Positions 20,901-30,367 of a stretch of DNA of 64,000 nucleotides are shown one piece after another. Origin of the DNA: a virus. The first letter of the stretch is position 1, and each line of letters starts with the position of its first letter. Location of the stretch: positions 1 to 64,000 of IMG/VR virus record IMGVR_UViG_3300026521_000148; one strand, given 5' to 3'. The notes under the pieces were generated by a model, which searched no databases, had not been told where the DNA came from, and saw only the letters and a program-made list of their open reading frames with translations. The position numbers were made by a program, and so were the translations under genes.

Positions 20901-23900
20901 TCATCACTAGAATCTATAAGTAAAGATATACCTAAAAATATGACTTCTGTTAAAGAAAACCTAACATCATTTACAGAAACACTAGGAACTACATTAGGCG
21001 ATATGAAAACATCCTTATCCACAACATTCCAAGAACAAATGAAATCATTAGGAGAATTTACAGATTCTATATTTAGAAAAGGTACATTGTTATCTGAAGC
21101 GAAAGACTCTGTAGCTGGTTTAGCTTCCTCGCAGATAAAAAGTGTGAAGGAGTATGTTAATGGTAGTACTAAATCTATAAGAGATGAACTTGTAGAAAAA
21201 GGTGTTCTTAAGATAGACAAAGATGGTAAGATCATTAGTGTAAGTAGTGAGTCTATAAAAGATGAAATAAATAAAACTGTTGATAGTGTTAAGAATAGTA
21301 AAGATGATAATATAATATCAAAGTTAGTAAACACAACAACTAGTATGGTATCATCAGGTATTAATAGTGTAAAAAGTGTGTTTAGTAATACTATAGACGT
21401 TACTCCAGAGATGTTAGCAGATATAAAGAATATGGAAGAACTAGTTAATGAACATGGTGCGGGTCCGATTATGAAAAACTATCTAGCATCTAGACCATTA
21501 CCTAATAATGAATTAGCCGCAACTGATTTATACAGAGCTATGTTTACTGTTATGGATCCTTCTGGTCAAATGTGGGAGAAAGTTAAAGAGATGCCTGACC
21601 ACCTTAAAGATTTAGAAAAGTTACATGTTAAAGCTATAGAGGAAGGTCAGAAAGGTTTATTGGGTAGAGCTTTAGAAGCTTCTAGTAACGTTTTCGATAA
21701 GGGTAGTTCTTTATTAGGCGGTATGAAAGATAAGATCATAAATAGTCTACCTGAACCATTACGCGGTCCAGCTAAAAAACTATTAGATAATAAAATAACT
21801 AAGCTAGCTGGTAATGCATTAACTAATCTTAAAAAGATAGGTAAGGGAGCTTTAAAAACAACGCTAGATGAAATGCGTATCATAGGGCAAGAAGGTAAAG
21901 AATTATTTATTAATAAAGACGGTAAGTTACAGGTTCCTAATGCTTTAAAATTAGCTAAGTTCGCCGGTAAAGCTTATGGTAGATCTATGGTAGCTACTGG
22001 TAAGGGTGTTAGAGAACTATACGGTGGTGTATTAGGTAAAGTAGATTATAAAGGTAAAGGTTTCTTAGGTAGATTTAATAAAAATAACTATGAAGCACAA
22101 AGTGGTATTTTAACAGACACAGTAAAAGCAGCTGGTGGTCTTGCATGGGATTTTACAGCTGGTAAGTCTATAAAGAATACAAAGAAAGCTTTAAATAGAT
22201 TATGGGCTAAAGTTAAGCCACCTATCACAAGGGAATTATTCAATGCTTGGGCCGATGGTACGATGACAGCTAAGGATGTTGAGGATGCTCTTAAAACAGA
22301 TGAGGAAAAACAAATTTGGAGAGATTGGTTAAAAGCTAATACTCCGTCTGGTGTAACATTACCTAAAGTATTGTTGAAAACAGGCGAATGGTTCGTTAAA
22401 TCTACTGTAGGTACTGGTAAACAAGTTAAGAAAGGTTATGGTAGTGTATTCACAGCTGGTAAGTATGCTGCTAAGGTAGCTAAAGATATAGCCATGGAAG
22501 CTTCAGGTGCTAATGATATAAAACGCTCTATAAAGAGAACATTAACTAAACCAGATATAGATAAAAGTTTATATAGAAGTTGGGTTAAAGGTGATTTAAC
22601 ATCTAACCAAGTTAAAGATGCTTTACAAACACAAGAAGAGAAAGATAATTGGGTAAAATGGTTATCTGGTAATGCTACTAAGCACAGGTCCCTACCTAAA
22701 CTACTAAATATGACTGGTAAGTGGTTTGCTAAAGCTTTAGGTAAAACAGCAGCAGGTGTTGAAGTAGGATATAAATCAGGATTTAAGAAAAGTAAAAACG
22801 TTACAGGATTAGCTTCTAAAGTAGCATATGCTGTATCAGGTATAGATGAGTTACTTAATAGCAAAGATAGACATAATGTAAAATTTAAAACATTATTAGA
22901 TATCATACCTGAGAATATGAGAGCAGTTGTTATAGACGACATCAGTAATAACGCTAAAGAATTAGGTATAACTACAGATGAGTTAAGAATACTTAATGAA
23001 AATGTAAACAAACTAAAAAGAAAAGATAAACAAAAACTAGTTAGAAAGATGAGTGATCTTGTTAGTTTATATCTAGCAGAAGATGATGGTCTAAAAGATA
23101 AGATCGCTACTGATATTAAGAATCTTTTATTATACACACAATCGCTAAATAAACATAGTAAAGATACTGAATCTAATAGTAGTGTAAAAGGTGTTAAAGT
23201 ATCTACAACGAAAACATTCACAGGTAATAAAACATCTAAGGAGAAGGAATTTCTACTAGGTGGGTGGACTGGCGATGGATCCGTTAAAGATATAGCTGGT
23301 AAAGTACACAAAGAAGAATATGTTATAAACAATAAAAAAGTTAAAGAATTATTAAATATAGTTAAGAAAGGTAATATAGATAAAATAAATACATTTACAA
23401 CTTCTATAGCTAAAGACATAGTTAAGTCTTCTGAGAAGATAAATGAGAAGATAGATAAGTTAGATAATCCTTATGAACAAATGATAGAATTACTTAAATC
23501 TATTAATAAAAGTTCGTCTATAACGGCTAGTAAACCTGGTCTAGGTAGTAAGTTTATGGAAACATTTACTAACATCATATCCGATCTTAAAGGTACGAAA
23601 GATAAAGTTAAATCTAGTCTAACTAGAGTCGGTAACAGAGCTAGTGTACTGAAGAAGTTATACGGAGATAAAAAAGAACATGCTAAACGTACTATAAAAG
23701 AGAAGTTAAAAGATACTAAATCTGATTTATGGAAAACGCTATTAAAGTTCTCGCCATTGATTATAGGTGGTATAACTGGATTAGTTAAAAAATATATAAC
23801 AGAACCTTTCTCTAATATGTTTACGTCTATTAAAAATGTTTTTAGTGGTGGTCTATCTACAATAACTAACACATTAACAGGTGTTAAAACATTTCTAGGT

Positions 23901-25496
23901 GATGGTATATTAGGTTTAAAAACAGCTTTACTTAAACCACTTAATCTTATAACTAAACTCTTTGGCGGGCTATCGGATTTTATGGGTAGTAAATTTAAGT
24001 CTATAACTACTTCATTAAGTAGTTTTAAAGATAGTATTGTTAATAAAACAAAAAGCTTTTTTGGTACAGATAGTAAAGACGTCATAGATAAGCCAGAAAC
24101 GCACCTTAAAGACACGAAAGTATCAACTACGAGTAAAACTACGAAACCAGTTAAAAAAGGTTTCTTCAGTAATTTATGGAGTAGTGCTAAAGCGAAAGCT
24201 AAATCTATCTTACCATCTAGTAAAACATTGGGTGTTGATAAATTAAAATCGTTATGGGGTGTAGTTAAAGAAAAGTTATTTAAGAAAGTAGGTAAAAAAG
24301 CTGGTATAAGGCTAGCTAGTAAAACATTAGCTAAATTCGTTCCTGGTGTTGGTACTGCTTTATTAGCTTATGATGCAGCTAAAGTAGGATGGGACCATTT
24401 CCATAACAACACGCCATTATTAAATGCTACATCTAAACAGCTGTTAGGTTTTGATGTGTTTGAAGATGATGGTGAAAGTACTAGCGATGTTAAAAAACCG
24501 TTATTAGAAGCCATTAATAATACTGGGTATAAACCAGTTATTAGACCAGTTAATAATCCTAAGTTTAAATCAGATATTAAGCTAGATAGTGATGGTAATG
24601 TAACTACACCTACAATAGGTAAAGTTAAGATAGATACAAAAGATATAAAGGTCCCTATAGAGCCTCTTATACAAGATCTTAAGAGAGATGAAGGTGTTGT
24701 ATTACATAAATATAAAGATAGTTTAGGATATGAAACCATAGGAGTAGGACACCTATTAGATAAAAGAAAAGGTGGTAAAGATCTAAGAACTATCTTAGGT
24801 GTAGATAAGGATAATATAACTAGAGATGAAGCGGACGTTATATTGGTAGATGATATTAACAAAACAAGTAAAGAGTTATATAAAGCATTACCATGGTTAG
24901 AAACTAAACCGTTAAATATACAAAATGATCTAACTAACATGGCGTTTAATCTAGGTGTTGGTGGGCTACTTAAGTTTAAGAACACACTTAAGCACTTAGA
25001 GAATGGTGATTATAAGAGAACAGCAGCTGGTTTATACCAGAGTAAATGGAGAAGACAAGTTGGCGCTAGAGCAGATAGGATCATAGCCGATGTAGCTTCT
25101 ACTCCTAATGATACAGTTATAGAGTCTAGTTCGAATAATGTAGTTAAACCAGATGTATCTACACTAGTGAGTAAACAACAGACTAAGACTACAATAGATA
25201 AATCTAAACAACAATATCAACAGTTACCTACTAAAGTAAGTGTTAATATGGATACCGTACAGGAAAGTAAACATCTAAGTGATGTTAAGGAGATAAATGG
25301 TAAGACATATGAAGTATTAAAAGATTCTCTTAAGGTACAAACAGGTATGTACGATAAATTAGATAAGTTAGTATCGTTACAAGAGGAACAGTTAAAGATA
25401 ATGACAAATGCTAATAGTCGTAGGAAACAATCTAACAACACTAGATTTGAGAATGATTATAAAGGTAAGGTAGATCATAAAACAGCTAATTTTTAA
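17913..25496 (+). CDS. Large tail/tape-measure-like virion protein with C-terminal T4-type (GH24) lysozyme domain (phiKZ gp181 position)
   Basis: 2527 aa; YY.RSLELQ...IVKNTALPDF.K N-terminal motif; LKRDEG...YKDSLGY.TIGVGHL...NMAFNLG...SKW..QV..RA.R lysozyme at about 24670-25090; divergent from vRNAP beta'. Confidence 0.8.
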   Translation: MMADEFEEFDDIDALMAEGDDFDMGDSSSSDGPVSTVDQISEGVVDSLNIDATAEKIKNSMLDSLPGNVGDGVYKAESAVDDLTEAFDKEMKPLKKATSATLGGIADVLPDSMADSVKSLKSWIDGDDESTGSNNEPTEDEKIASEVDQLLAKSAIEEQVNSKLASVQQKKDSELLSMIAEATTKTVVYKSEYDANYYKRSLELQLKQVLTTVKLYDLLKLDSENRSKQLDAIVKNTALPDFAKSRTSDIAKQMIMGTAKDVATNAFLKNDSISNLTKFGKEKMSGALGAATEMVGLGSDLSEILTMQMEQGATLTQVLSSMATDMVVDKAVSKGTDYALKKLFETQGGVKVLGDYDTFISDPQKALEKAKQAHIENGGSEEDLKYKALELGKEAIGEQYKTKSVNISNITDMRDAAQIDNKFVKTVDTVIPTYLSKMLNELTTIRKIAGNLQLSNDQQTNKVSSTNKGNSSLGSNTLGLQSSRPSDNVPKTEDELVYDFEKGRFVTKKDVKKVINEKIDKHVAKLADDIISSNIDELIVPDHLSIKERTSIALAISDYIMSGKSIAPAYMHEDGFLNYFKNDKELKKKVSKGLSRLESPENKLIYDQRAKLTQSLERLKKSSISNFSDIAKSADLNNSVDTLLEMGIVDEDNPNVISTKNVKDTYSKRIRKQTTGKIKESKLSLSEQQLVDSIKEKENKLKEKARTRDDKLKRTKTRTLRNYKDNEDAEKAFNKGIDSYGKTEDELDKVLNELIKDKPIEEANLIEEAFSLGLGQGLREAEELKRYKEERANLAKKYDNKVNRATKKMDEDEKSSFIDRLRAETLLEEIGSFSKGGSTGKGKDDEVAGIIHRNEYALNRKDIQDLANFISEGNVKKIVKFSTSILEDINKEDNVFDIKDIDKDIVTSFISKHIPDKVKDTYTDLKNNTKEFMEGDVVNDFYNNHKETFDSVKQFKDDKVSTIKTSYTKTKDKISKYIPETKVIEDAISNITKTLSSSLESISKDIPKNMTSVKENLTSFTETLGTTLGDMKTSLSTTFQEQMKSLGEFTDSIFRKGTLLSEAKDSVAGLASSQIKSVKEYVNGSTKSIRDELVEKGVLKIDKDGKIISVSSESIKDEINKTVDSVKNSKDDNIISKLVNTTTSMVSSGINSVKSVFSNTIDVTPEMLADIKNMEELVNEHGAGPIMKNYLASRPLPNNELAATDLYRAMFTVMDPSGQMWEKVKEMPDHLKDLEKLHVKAIEEGQKGLLGRALEASSNVFDKGSSLLGGMKDKIINSLPEPLRGPAKKLLDNKITKLAGNALTNLKKIGKGALKTTLDEMRIIGQEGKELFINKDGKLQVPNALKLAKFAGKAYGRSMVATGKGVRELYGGVLGKVDYKGKGFLGRFNKNNYEAQSGILTDTVKAAGGLAWDFTAGKSIKNTKKALNRLWAKVKPPITRELFNAWADGTMTAKDVEDALKTDEEKQIWRDWLKANTPSGVTLPKVLLKTGEWFVKSTVGTGKQVKKGYGSVFTAGKYAAKVAKDIAMEASGANDIKRSIKRTLTKPDIDKSLYRSWVKGDLTSNQVKDALQTQEEKDNWVKWLSGNATKHRSLPKLLNMTGKWFAKALGKTAAGVEVGYKSGFKKSKNVTGLASKVAYAVSGIDELLNSKDRHNVKFKTLLDIIPENMRAVVIDDISNNAKELGITTDELRILNENVNKLKRKDKQKLVRKMSDLVSLYLAEDDGLKDKIATDIKNLLLYTQSLNKHSKDTESNSSVKGVKVSTTKTFTGNKTSKEKEFLLGGWTGDGSVKDIAGKVHKEEYVINNKKVKELLNIVKKGNIDKINTFTTSIAKDIVKSSEKINEKIDKLDNPYEQMIELLKSINKSSSITASKPGLGSKFMETFTNIISDLKGTKDKVKSSLTRVGNRASVLKKLYGDKKEHAKRTIKEKLKDTKSDLWKTLLKFSPLIIGGITGLVKKYITEPFSNMFTSIKNVFSGGLSTITNTLTGVKTFLGDGILGLKTALLKPLNLITKLFGGLSDFMGSKFKSITTSLSSFKDSIVNKTKSFFGTDSKDVIDKPETHLKDTKVSTTSKTTKPVKKGFFSNLWSSAKAKAKSILPSSKTLGVDKLKSLWGVVKEKLFKKVGKKAGIRLASKTLAKFVPGVGTALLAYDAAKVGWDHFHNNTPLLNATSKQLLGFDVFEDDGESTSDVKKPLLEAINNTGYKPVIRPVNNPKFKSDIKLDSDGNVTTPTIGKVKIDTKDIKVPIEPLIQDLKRDEGVVLHKYKDSLGYETIGVGHLLDKRKGGKDLRTILGVDKDNITRDEADVILVDDINKTSKELYKALPWLETKPLNIQNDLTNMAFNLGVGGLLKFKNTLKHLENGDYKRTAAGLYQSKWRRQVGARADRIIADVASTPNDTVIESSSNNVVKPDVSTLVSKQQTKTTIDKSKQQYQQLPTKVSVNMDTVQESKHLSDVKEINGKTYEVLKDSLKVQTGMYDKLDKLVSLQEEQLKIMTNANSRRKQSNNTRFENDYKGKVDHKTANF

Positions 25497-25512
25497 AAAT
25501 AAAAAAAGAATG

Positions 25513-25540
25513 CATAGTATGGACTTAAGTCCATACTATG
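25513..25540. terminator. Bidirectional terminator (perfect palindrome)
   Basis: CATAGTATGGACTTAAGTCCATACTATG between convergent genes. Confidence 0.8.
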
Positions 25541-26236
25541 TTATTTCTCCAAGAATGCTTTAACGATATCTTCGTTGGTTGTTTTCCCGTCAAGACCATC
25601 AAACAGATTATCTGACTTAAGATTGTCCATAATCTTATTGATAACGACTTCTTTAACTTTAAGTCTAAAAGCGTTATAATCTTTTGCATCAATATCCGCA
25701 ACATCAGCACCAAACTCATCTATGAACATATTAACGATGGTTCTAAGATGAATACCAGCTATGATACCATATACTTTAAGTTTATCATTTCTGATCTCTT
25801 CAGTAAGAACACCGCGTTTAACTTCGATCATAGGCATAATGCGGATAGCATCAATTTGATCATCATACTCACCAATAACATCTCTAATAAGATCTTCATC
25901 ACTAAGGATTCTGTCAACTGTTACTAATGTAAGGATGTTCCAGAAGTTAGGAATATCTCTTTTAATAGCAGATCTACGAATGAAAGCGTAATCATTTTTA
26001 CGCAGCTGTGAATTGATCCATACAGGTTTAGCATTTTCATAAGATAGAAATCTCATAACGTTACCGATGCTGTATGTCTTACCAAAGATACTCTTAAAGT
26101 TAGCAGCAAAATCAATACTTAATCTATGGCCCAATGAGTCCTCTTCTAAGTGACTACCTACTTTTAACATTACTGTATCATTACGTTGTGTACCAAGATC
26201 TTTAAGATCCTCTAAACTCATTTTCTCTTTACTCAT
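25541..26236 (-). CDS. Hypothetical protein
   Basis: 231-aa ORF with RBS. Confidence 0.75.
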   Translation of the reverse strand: MSKEKMSLEDLKDLGTQRNDTVMLKVGSHLEEDSLGHRLSIDFAANFKSIFGKTYSIGNVMRFLSYENAKPVWINSQLRKNDYAFIRRSAIKRDIPNFWNILTLVTVDRILSDEDLIRDVIGEYDDQIDAIRIMPMIEVKRGVLTEEIRNDKLKVYGIIAGIHLRTIVNMFIDEFGADVADIDAKDYNAFRLKVKEVVINKIMDNLKSDNLFDGLDGKTTNEDIVKAFLEK

Positions 26237-26240
26237 AAAA

Positions 26241-26651
26241 CTATCCTCTGTGTTTATTTAATAATGCAACTGCGAAAGCTGCCAGATGTAATCCATCTAT
26301 TCTACCAACTCCATCATCAATGATTGATTTATCTATGAACAATGGTGTTTCAATACTATTAAAGTCTATTAAATTTTTAATATACCTACTAACATAATCC
26401 CTAATATATGATGTTAAATCTCTACCATCTACAATGGTGTTATCCATAGATGTTTTAACAAGTAATAAAAACTTTAAGTTACTATATGAACCATCAGAAG
26501 ATTCTGATATATGTCTGTCTAAAGTATCTACATTTCTTTTACTAAAGAATGCTACTATGTTAACATCATTAAGGTAGTTCCTAAACTCTTGCGGTGTATC
26601 TTTTTTAACAGATTTAACTATCTCGCTAATATGTCCTAAAACCTCTAACAT
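26241..26651 (-). CDS. Hypothetical protein
   Basis: 136-aa ORF with AAGGAG RBS. Confidence 0.7.
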   Translation of the reverse strand: MLEVLGHISEIVKSVKKDTPQEFRNYLNDVNIVAFFSKRNVDTLDRHISESSDGSYSNLKFLLLVKTSMDNTIVDGRDLTSYIRDYVSRYIKNLIDFNSIETPLFIDKSIIDDGVGRIDGLHLAAFAVALLNKHRG

Positions 26652-26661
26652 ATAAAACTCC

Positions 26662-27258
26662 TTAATCGTTTTTACTTATAAGTAATTCATGCTCACTAAC
26701 TTTACCATGTATGCTTTTTATTTCTACTCCTATAGTAACATTATCGTTATCTAATAGTTCGAATACTAGAAAGATATAACTTTTCCAAGATATAACCTCA
26801 GATTCTAATACCTTAGCTATAGTAGCTTTATTCTTTTTACCACCTTTTTTATGGTAGTTAGTTATCAACTTGCGTTGGTCTTTTTTACTGTTTAATTTTA
26901 GATCTATTAGTAGATCATCAAAGTTTTGTTTAAGGATCTCTCCTGATGTTTTCTCCTTATAGTCTTCTTGTTTCTTTTTAGTAGAGATAACATATATTTT
27001 GTTGTTCTTAGTTACCTTTAATATTAAAATTATGTAATGTGCTTTTAATACCCTTAATAATAAGAACGTGAAACTATTCCATGTCATCTCGCCAGCTAAG
27101 ATTAACCTACTTATCGTAGTTCTATTCTTAGTACCTACATACCTATTTATAAAATAATTAATAGAATTTATAAAACCAGTTTCTATTAATATCTTCCTAA
27201 ATAGCTTTGTGAGTATGCCATCTTCACTACTCTGTATGGGTGACATCTCTTTAAGCAT
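26662..27258 (-). CDS. Hypothetical protein with internal tandem duplication
   Basis: Two similar halves (GIL.KLF..IL...NR.TI...MTWNSF.FL and GEILK.NF..LL...NKATI...ISWKSY.FL); AGGAGG RBS. Confidence 0.7.
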   Translation of the reverse strand: MLKEMSPIQSSEDGILTKLFRKILIETGFINSINYFINRYVGTKNRTTISRLILAGEMTWNSFTFLLLRVLKAHYIILILKVTKNNKIYVISTKKKQEDYKEKTSGEILKQNFDDLLIDLKLNSKKDQRKLITNYHKKGGKKNKATIAKVLESEVISWKSYIFLVFELLDNDNVTIGVEIKSIHGKVSEHELLISKND

Positions 27259-27278
27259 AACTTACCTCCTATTTATGT

Positions 27279-27728
27279 CTAACTATTGTGGATATCGATG
27301 CAGATATACACTATGTTAATAATATACTGTTTAAATAGTTTAGATCTGAAAAATAGATAACTATATTCTGGGTAACTAACACTATTAACATATGCGTTTA
27401 ATAAACTAACTAAGTCCTCTAAAAACTCTTTATAATAAGTATTATAATTAATACTCACGCTACCATTACTATCCTTTATGAAATCAATAAGCCGCATTTC
27501 CCTAAAACTATCACTCACGTGATAGTCTAAGAGAATGGCTGAGTCTTGGTTAATTAATAATTGCTTAGTTACACTTTTATAATAGAATATGTTAGGAAAC
27601 TTACTAGTTATAATAGTTTCCGTTAACCCATCCTTTATTATGTCTTTATCTTTTATACTACTTAACAACCTATCTACTAATTGTAGACTACCTATGACGT
27701 CGTCTAAATTTAGATCTTCATATTTCAT
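27279..27728 (-). CDS. Hypothetical protein
   Basis: 149-aa ORF heading a minus-strand cluster. Confidence 0.65.
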   Translation of the reverse strand: MKYEDLNLDDVIGSLQLVDRLLSSIKDKDIIKDGLTETIITSKFPNIFYYKSVTKQLLINQDSAILLDYHVSDSFREMRLIDFIKDSNGSVSINYNTYYKEFLEDLVSLLNAYVNSVSYPEYSYLFFRSKLFKQYIINIVYICIDIHNS

Positions 27729-27784
27729 TACGGTGCCTTAATCTGGTGTTTTCAATGAAGAAATTATATTAAAGGAATTATTTT

Positions 27785-28210
27785 ATGGAAAAATTAACTA
27801 ATCCATATGTTATGTTATTAGACGAGGAGAATAGAGTTTTACAAAAAACTAGAGCCCTTAGAGAAAAGATAGTAGATACGTTTATAGAGGAAAAGGGGGT
27901 CCCTACACGTTCTGGTGATATGCGTGTTGTTAATGAGTTATTAAATAGCTTAGACACCAACGTTACATCTGTTGTTGATCTTAGACTTAAACATGAAGAC
28001 ACTAAACAATCTGAAGATATGACTGAAGCTATTGTTAATATTTTTAAACAAATTAATGATAGAGGCAATACCATTGATGTAAAAAATAAACAAATAGATG
28101 TAGGTGAAAAAAGTATACCTGATGATGTAGTGCCAGGTGAAGATCTTATAGAGTATGAAGAATTAGATGTTGATTCTATCATGCCTACTATCGGTAAGGA
28201 AGCAAAATGA
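27785..28210 (+). CDS. Hypothetical protein
   Basis: 141-aa ORF with RBS, ATGA overlap with next gene. Confidence 0.7.
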   Translation: MEKLTNPYVMLLDEENRVLQKTRALREKIVDTFIEEKGVPTRSGDMRVVNELLNSLDTNVTSVVDLRLKHEDTKQSEDMTEAIVNIFKQINDRGNTIDVKNKQIDVGEKSIPDDVVPGEDLIEYEELDVDSIMPTIGKEAK

Positions 28211-29022
28211 TATTTAATGGTACTAAAACTATGTATAGCGACAGACTTAAAAACTATATGTCTCTAGGCTTACATTATGAACCACTCATAAATACAACAC
28301 TTAATGAGACTTTTGTTATAAAACCTAGATATGATTTTAACGATGATAACATACATTATCCAAAGATAAATGTTTTAGTCATAGGCAGTGATAACAATGA
28401 ACCTAATAAAGAGATAAATAAGTTTAATTTAAGAACGTCACCACATAGCCCACTTGATGCTAGTCTATTTAACCATATACCTTTTTATTTAAGAAAAGTT
28501 AGTGAAGTAGATATGTACCCACCTAGTGATAGGTATGTATTAAGAAAAAATATAACTATAAACGAGGAACTATATCTAGCGTGCTATGGTTATAGAATGG
28601 ACGACATAGTATATAAAGGAGATATAGTTTCTTTTAATAGTATAGATAAAGATTATGTTAATATCACGAAGATAGATACAAATGATGGTAGATATCTTAA
28701 TCCTACTCCTAGAGAGAGGATAGAGCTTTATAAGGCACCAGATTATTATCTTGGTACATTTTTTAAGTTATTCTTCTTTTTTAATAAAGATGAATTAGGA
28801 GAGATGTTAAATAGTTTTAAAACATTATATCCAACTAATCCTATAAATCGTATAACTGAAATGGGTATCTGTAGTAGTATATATTTAGAAGATGATAATG
28901 AGGTCGTATGGTGTGGTATAGAATATTTCATAGATACAGATTATAATATACAAGACGCTTATGATAAATCTTATTTAGAGTTCTACGTGGAAGTAGGTAA
29001 CTCAGAAGTTATAAGGGGATGA
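28207..29022 (+). CDS. Probable virion structural protein (conserved in phiKZ-like phages)
   Basis: NTTLNE, HSPLDASLFNHIPFY.R, Y.LRK, ITEMGICS patterns; located in structural operon. Confidence 0.5.
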   Translation: MIFNGTKTMYSDRLKNYMSLGLHYEPLINTTLNETFVIKPRYDFNDDNIHYPKINVLVIGSDNNEPNKEINKFNLRTSPHSPLDASLFNHIPFYLRKVSEVDMYPPSDRYVLRKNITINEELYLACYGYRMDDIVYKGDIVSFNSIDKDYVNITKIDTNDGRYLNPTPRERIELYKAPDYYLGTFFKLFFFFNKDELGEMLNSFKTLYPTNPINRITEMGICSSIYLEDDNEVVWCGIEYFIDTDYNIQDAYDKSYLEFYVEVGNSEVIRG

Positions 29023-29023
29023 T

Positions 29024-29536
29024 ATGCGTTTAGTTAGCGTAGATCCTGGTACAGTTACATGTGGAGTTGCTGTATGGGATCTTAATAAAGATTTCACAAT
29101 AGATAAGATGCGTTCTTTTACTATTTATATAAATGGCGATATGGAACTAGACAGACGTATGGGTTTACTTTATAAAATGTTTAAGCAATTTTTTATAGAG
29201 GAAGAACCATTTCAATTAGCTCATGAGACAGGCTTCATAAATAGATTTAGACCACAAGCATATGGACCAATATACACAACAATTTACCTTATACGAAAAG
29301 CATTTTCTGATACTGTATCTGATTATGGTTTATTTGGTTACCCGCCTAAAATGGTTAAATCAGTTGTTAGCATTGGTACTGCTGGTAAAGATGATATGCT
29401 AGCTGCTGTTACGTCTATAAATGAGTTAAAGTCGTTCATAACAGGTAAAGAAAGTGAGCACGAGATAGACGCTATTGCTATAGGGTATACACATATATTA
29501 AATATAAGAATGTATCCAGAAATTTTATTTATTTAA
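29024..29536 (+). CDS. ruvC: RuvC-like Holliday junction resolvase
   Basis: SVDPG...G, A.E, P...K..V..G.A.KD.M, HEIDAIAIG. Confidence 0.85.
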   Translation: MRLVSVDPGTVTCGVAVWDLNKDFTIDKMRSFTIYINGDMELDRRMGLLYKMFKQFFIEEEPFQLAHETGFINRFRPQAYGPIYTTIYLIRKAFSDTVSDYGLFGYPPKMVKSVVSIGTAGKDDMLAAVTSINELKSFITGKESEHEIDAIAIGYTHILNIRMYPEILFI

Positions 29537-29549
29537 AAAAAGGAATAAT

Positions 29550-30044
29550 ATGTTTACAACAATATTGTTTAGCAAAAAACTTAAATATATAGGCTACGTT
29601 ATTCTTTTCATTATGGTAGCTATTCCTATCGGTATAGTTTTTAATAACCTATATACATCTGTTTTACATTTAACAGGCGGTGAAACAAAGGATGAAAAGA
29701 TACAAAGACTAGAGCATAACCAACAAGTTTATGAAGATAGTATAAAGTCTATACAACAAGAACAAGTTATCGAAGCTAAAAAACAACACATCATAACTGA
29801 GATACAAGTTACCACTATAAAGGATAAGGTTATCCGTGATAGTTTTAAAGATGATGTTAAGAAAACAGTTGCTACTAAGGTAGCTAAAATACAACATAAA
29901 CAACAATCTACTAAAGCAGAAGAGAAACAGCCTCCTCCTATAACCGAGGTACATGACGAGGAACTCTATGATGAAGTAGGAACAGCTTTTATGGATGGTA
30001 TGGAAAATATATACCTAGAAACGATAAAGGATTACCCAGAATGA
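29550..30044 (+). CDS. Putative inner-membrane spanin (Rz-like)
   Basis: N-terminal TM helix followed by coiled coil; ATGA overlap with a lipoprotein gene. Confidence 0.55.
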   Translation: MFTTILFSKKLKYIGYVILFIMVAIPIGIVFNNLYTSVLHLTGGETKDEKIQRLEHNQQVYEDSIKSIQQEQVIEAKKQHIITEIQVTTIKDKVIRDSFKDDVKKTVATKVAKIQHKQQSTKAEEKQPPPITEVHDEELYDEVGTAFMDGMENIYLETIKDYPE

Positions 30045-30367
30045 AAACACTAGTACTAATGTTATATGTTTTATTATTTGTAGGGTGTGGTGAGAAGGTC
30101 ATATATGTACCTAAAACAAAAGTTGTCTATGAAGTAGTTCCAGGTGAACTACTTGTGGACGGCGTTAATGTTACTAAACCACCAAATAGAGAAGTATTTG
30201 TTAAGGCTGGTCCTATAGAGAGGGAATCTATACTAACTTCAACTATCATAGAGTTATATAGCGATATAAAAGAATATAAAACAAAATTATATAACATAAG
30301 GTTATTTAATAAAAAAATGGAGAAGTTAAGAGATGAAACATATGGAGAAACAACTAAGAAACCTTGA
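30041..30367 (+). CDS. Putative outer-membrane spanin lipoprotein (Rz1-like)
   Basis: Signal peptide with lipobox LFVGC; Pro-containing segment then helix. Confidence 0.6.
   Translation: MKTLVLMLYVLLFVGCGEKVIYVPKTKVVYEVVPGELLVDGVNVTKPPNREVFVKAGPIERESILTSTIIELYSDIKEYKTKLYNIRLFNKKMEKLRDETYGETTKKP

Noticed and set aside
19211-25441. Many antisense ORFs (up to 327 aa) within the 2527-aa gene, and similar ones in ligA, nrdA, sbcC and the kinase
   Set aside because: Leu/Ser/Phe-rich shadow frames caused by codon bias of the sense gene; no RBS or motifs
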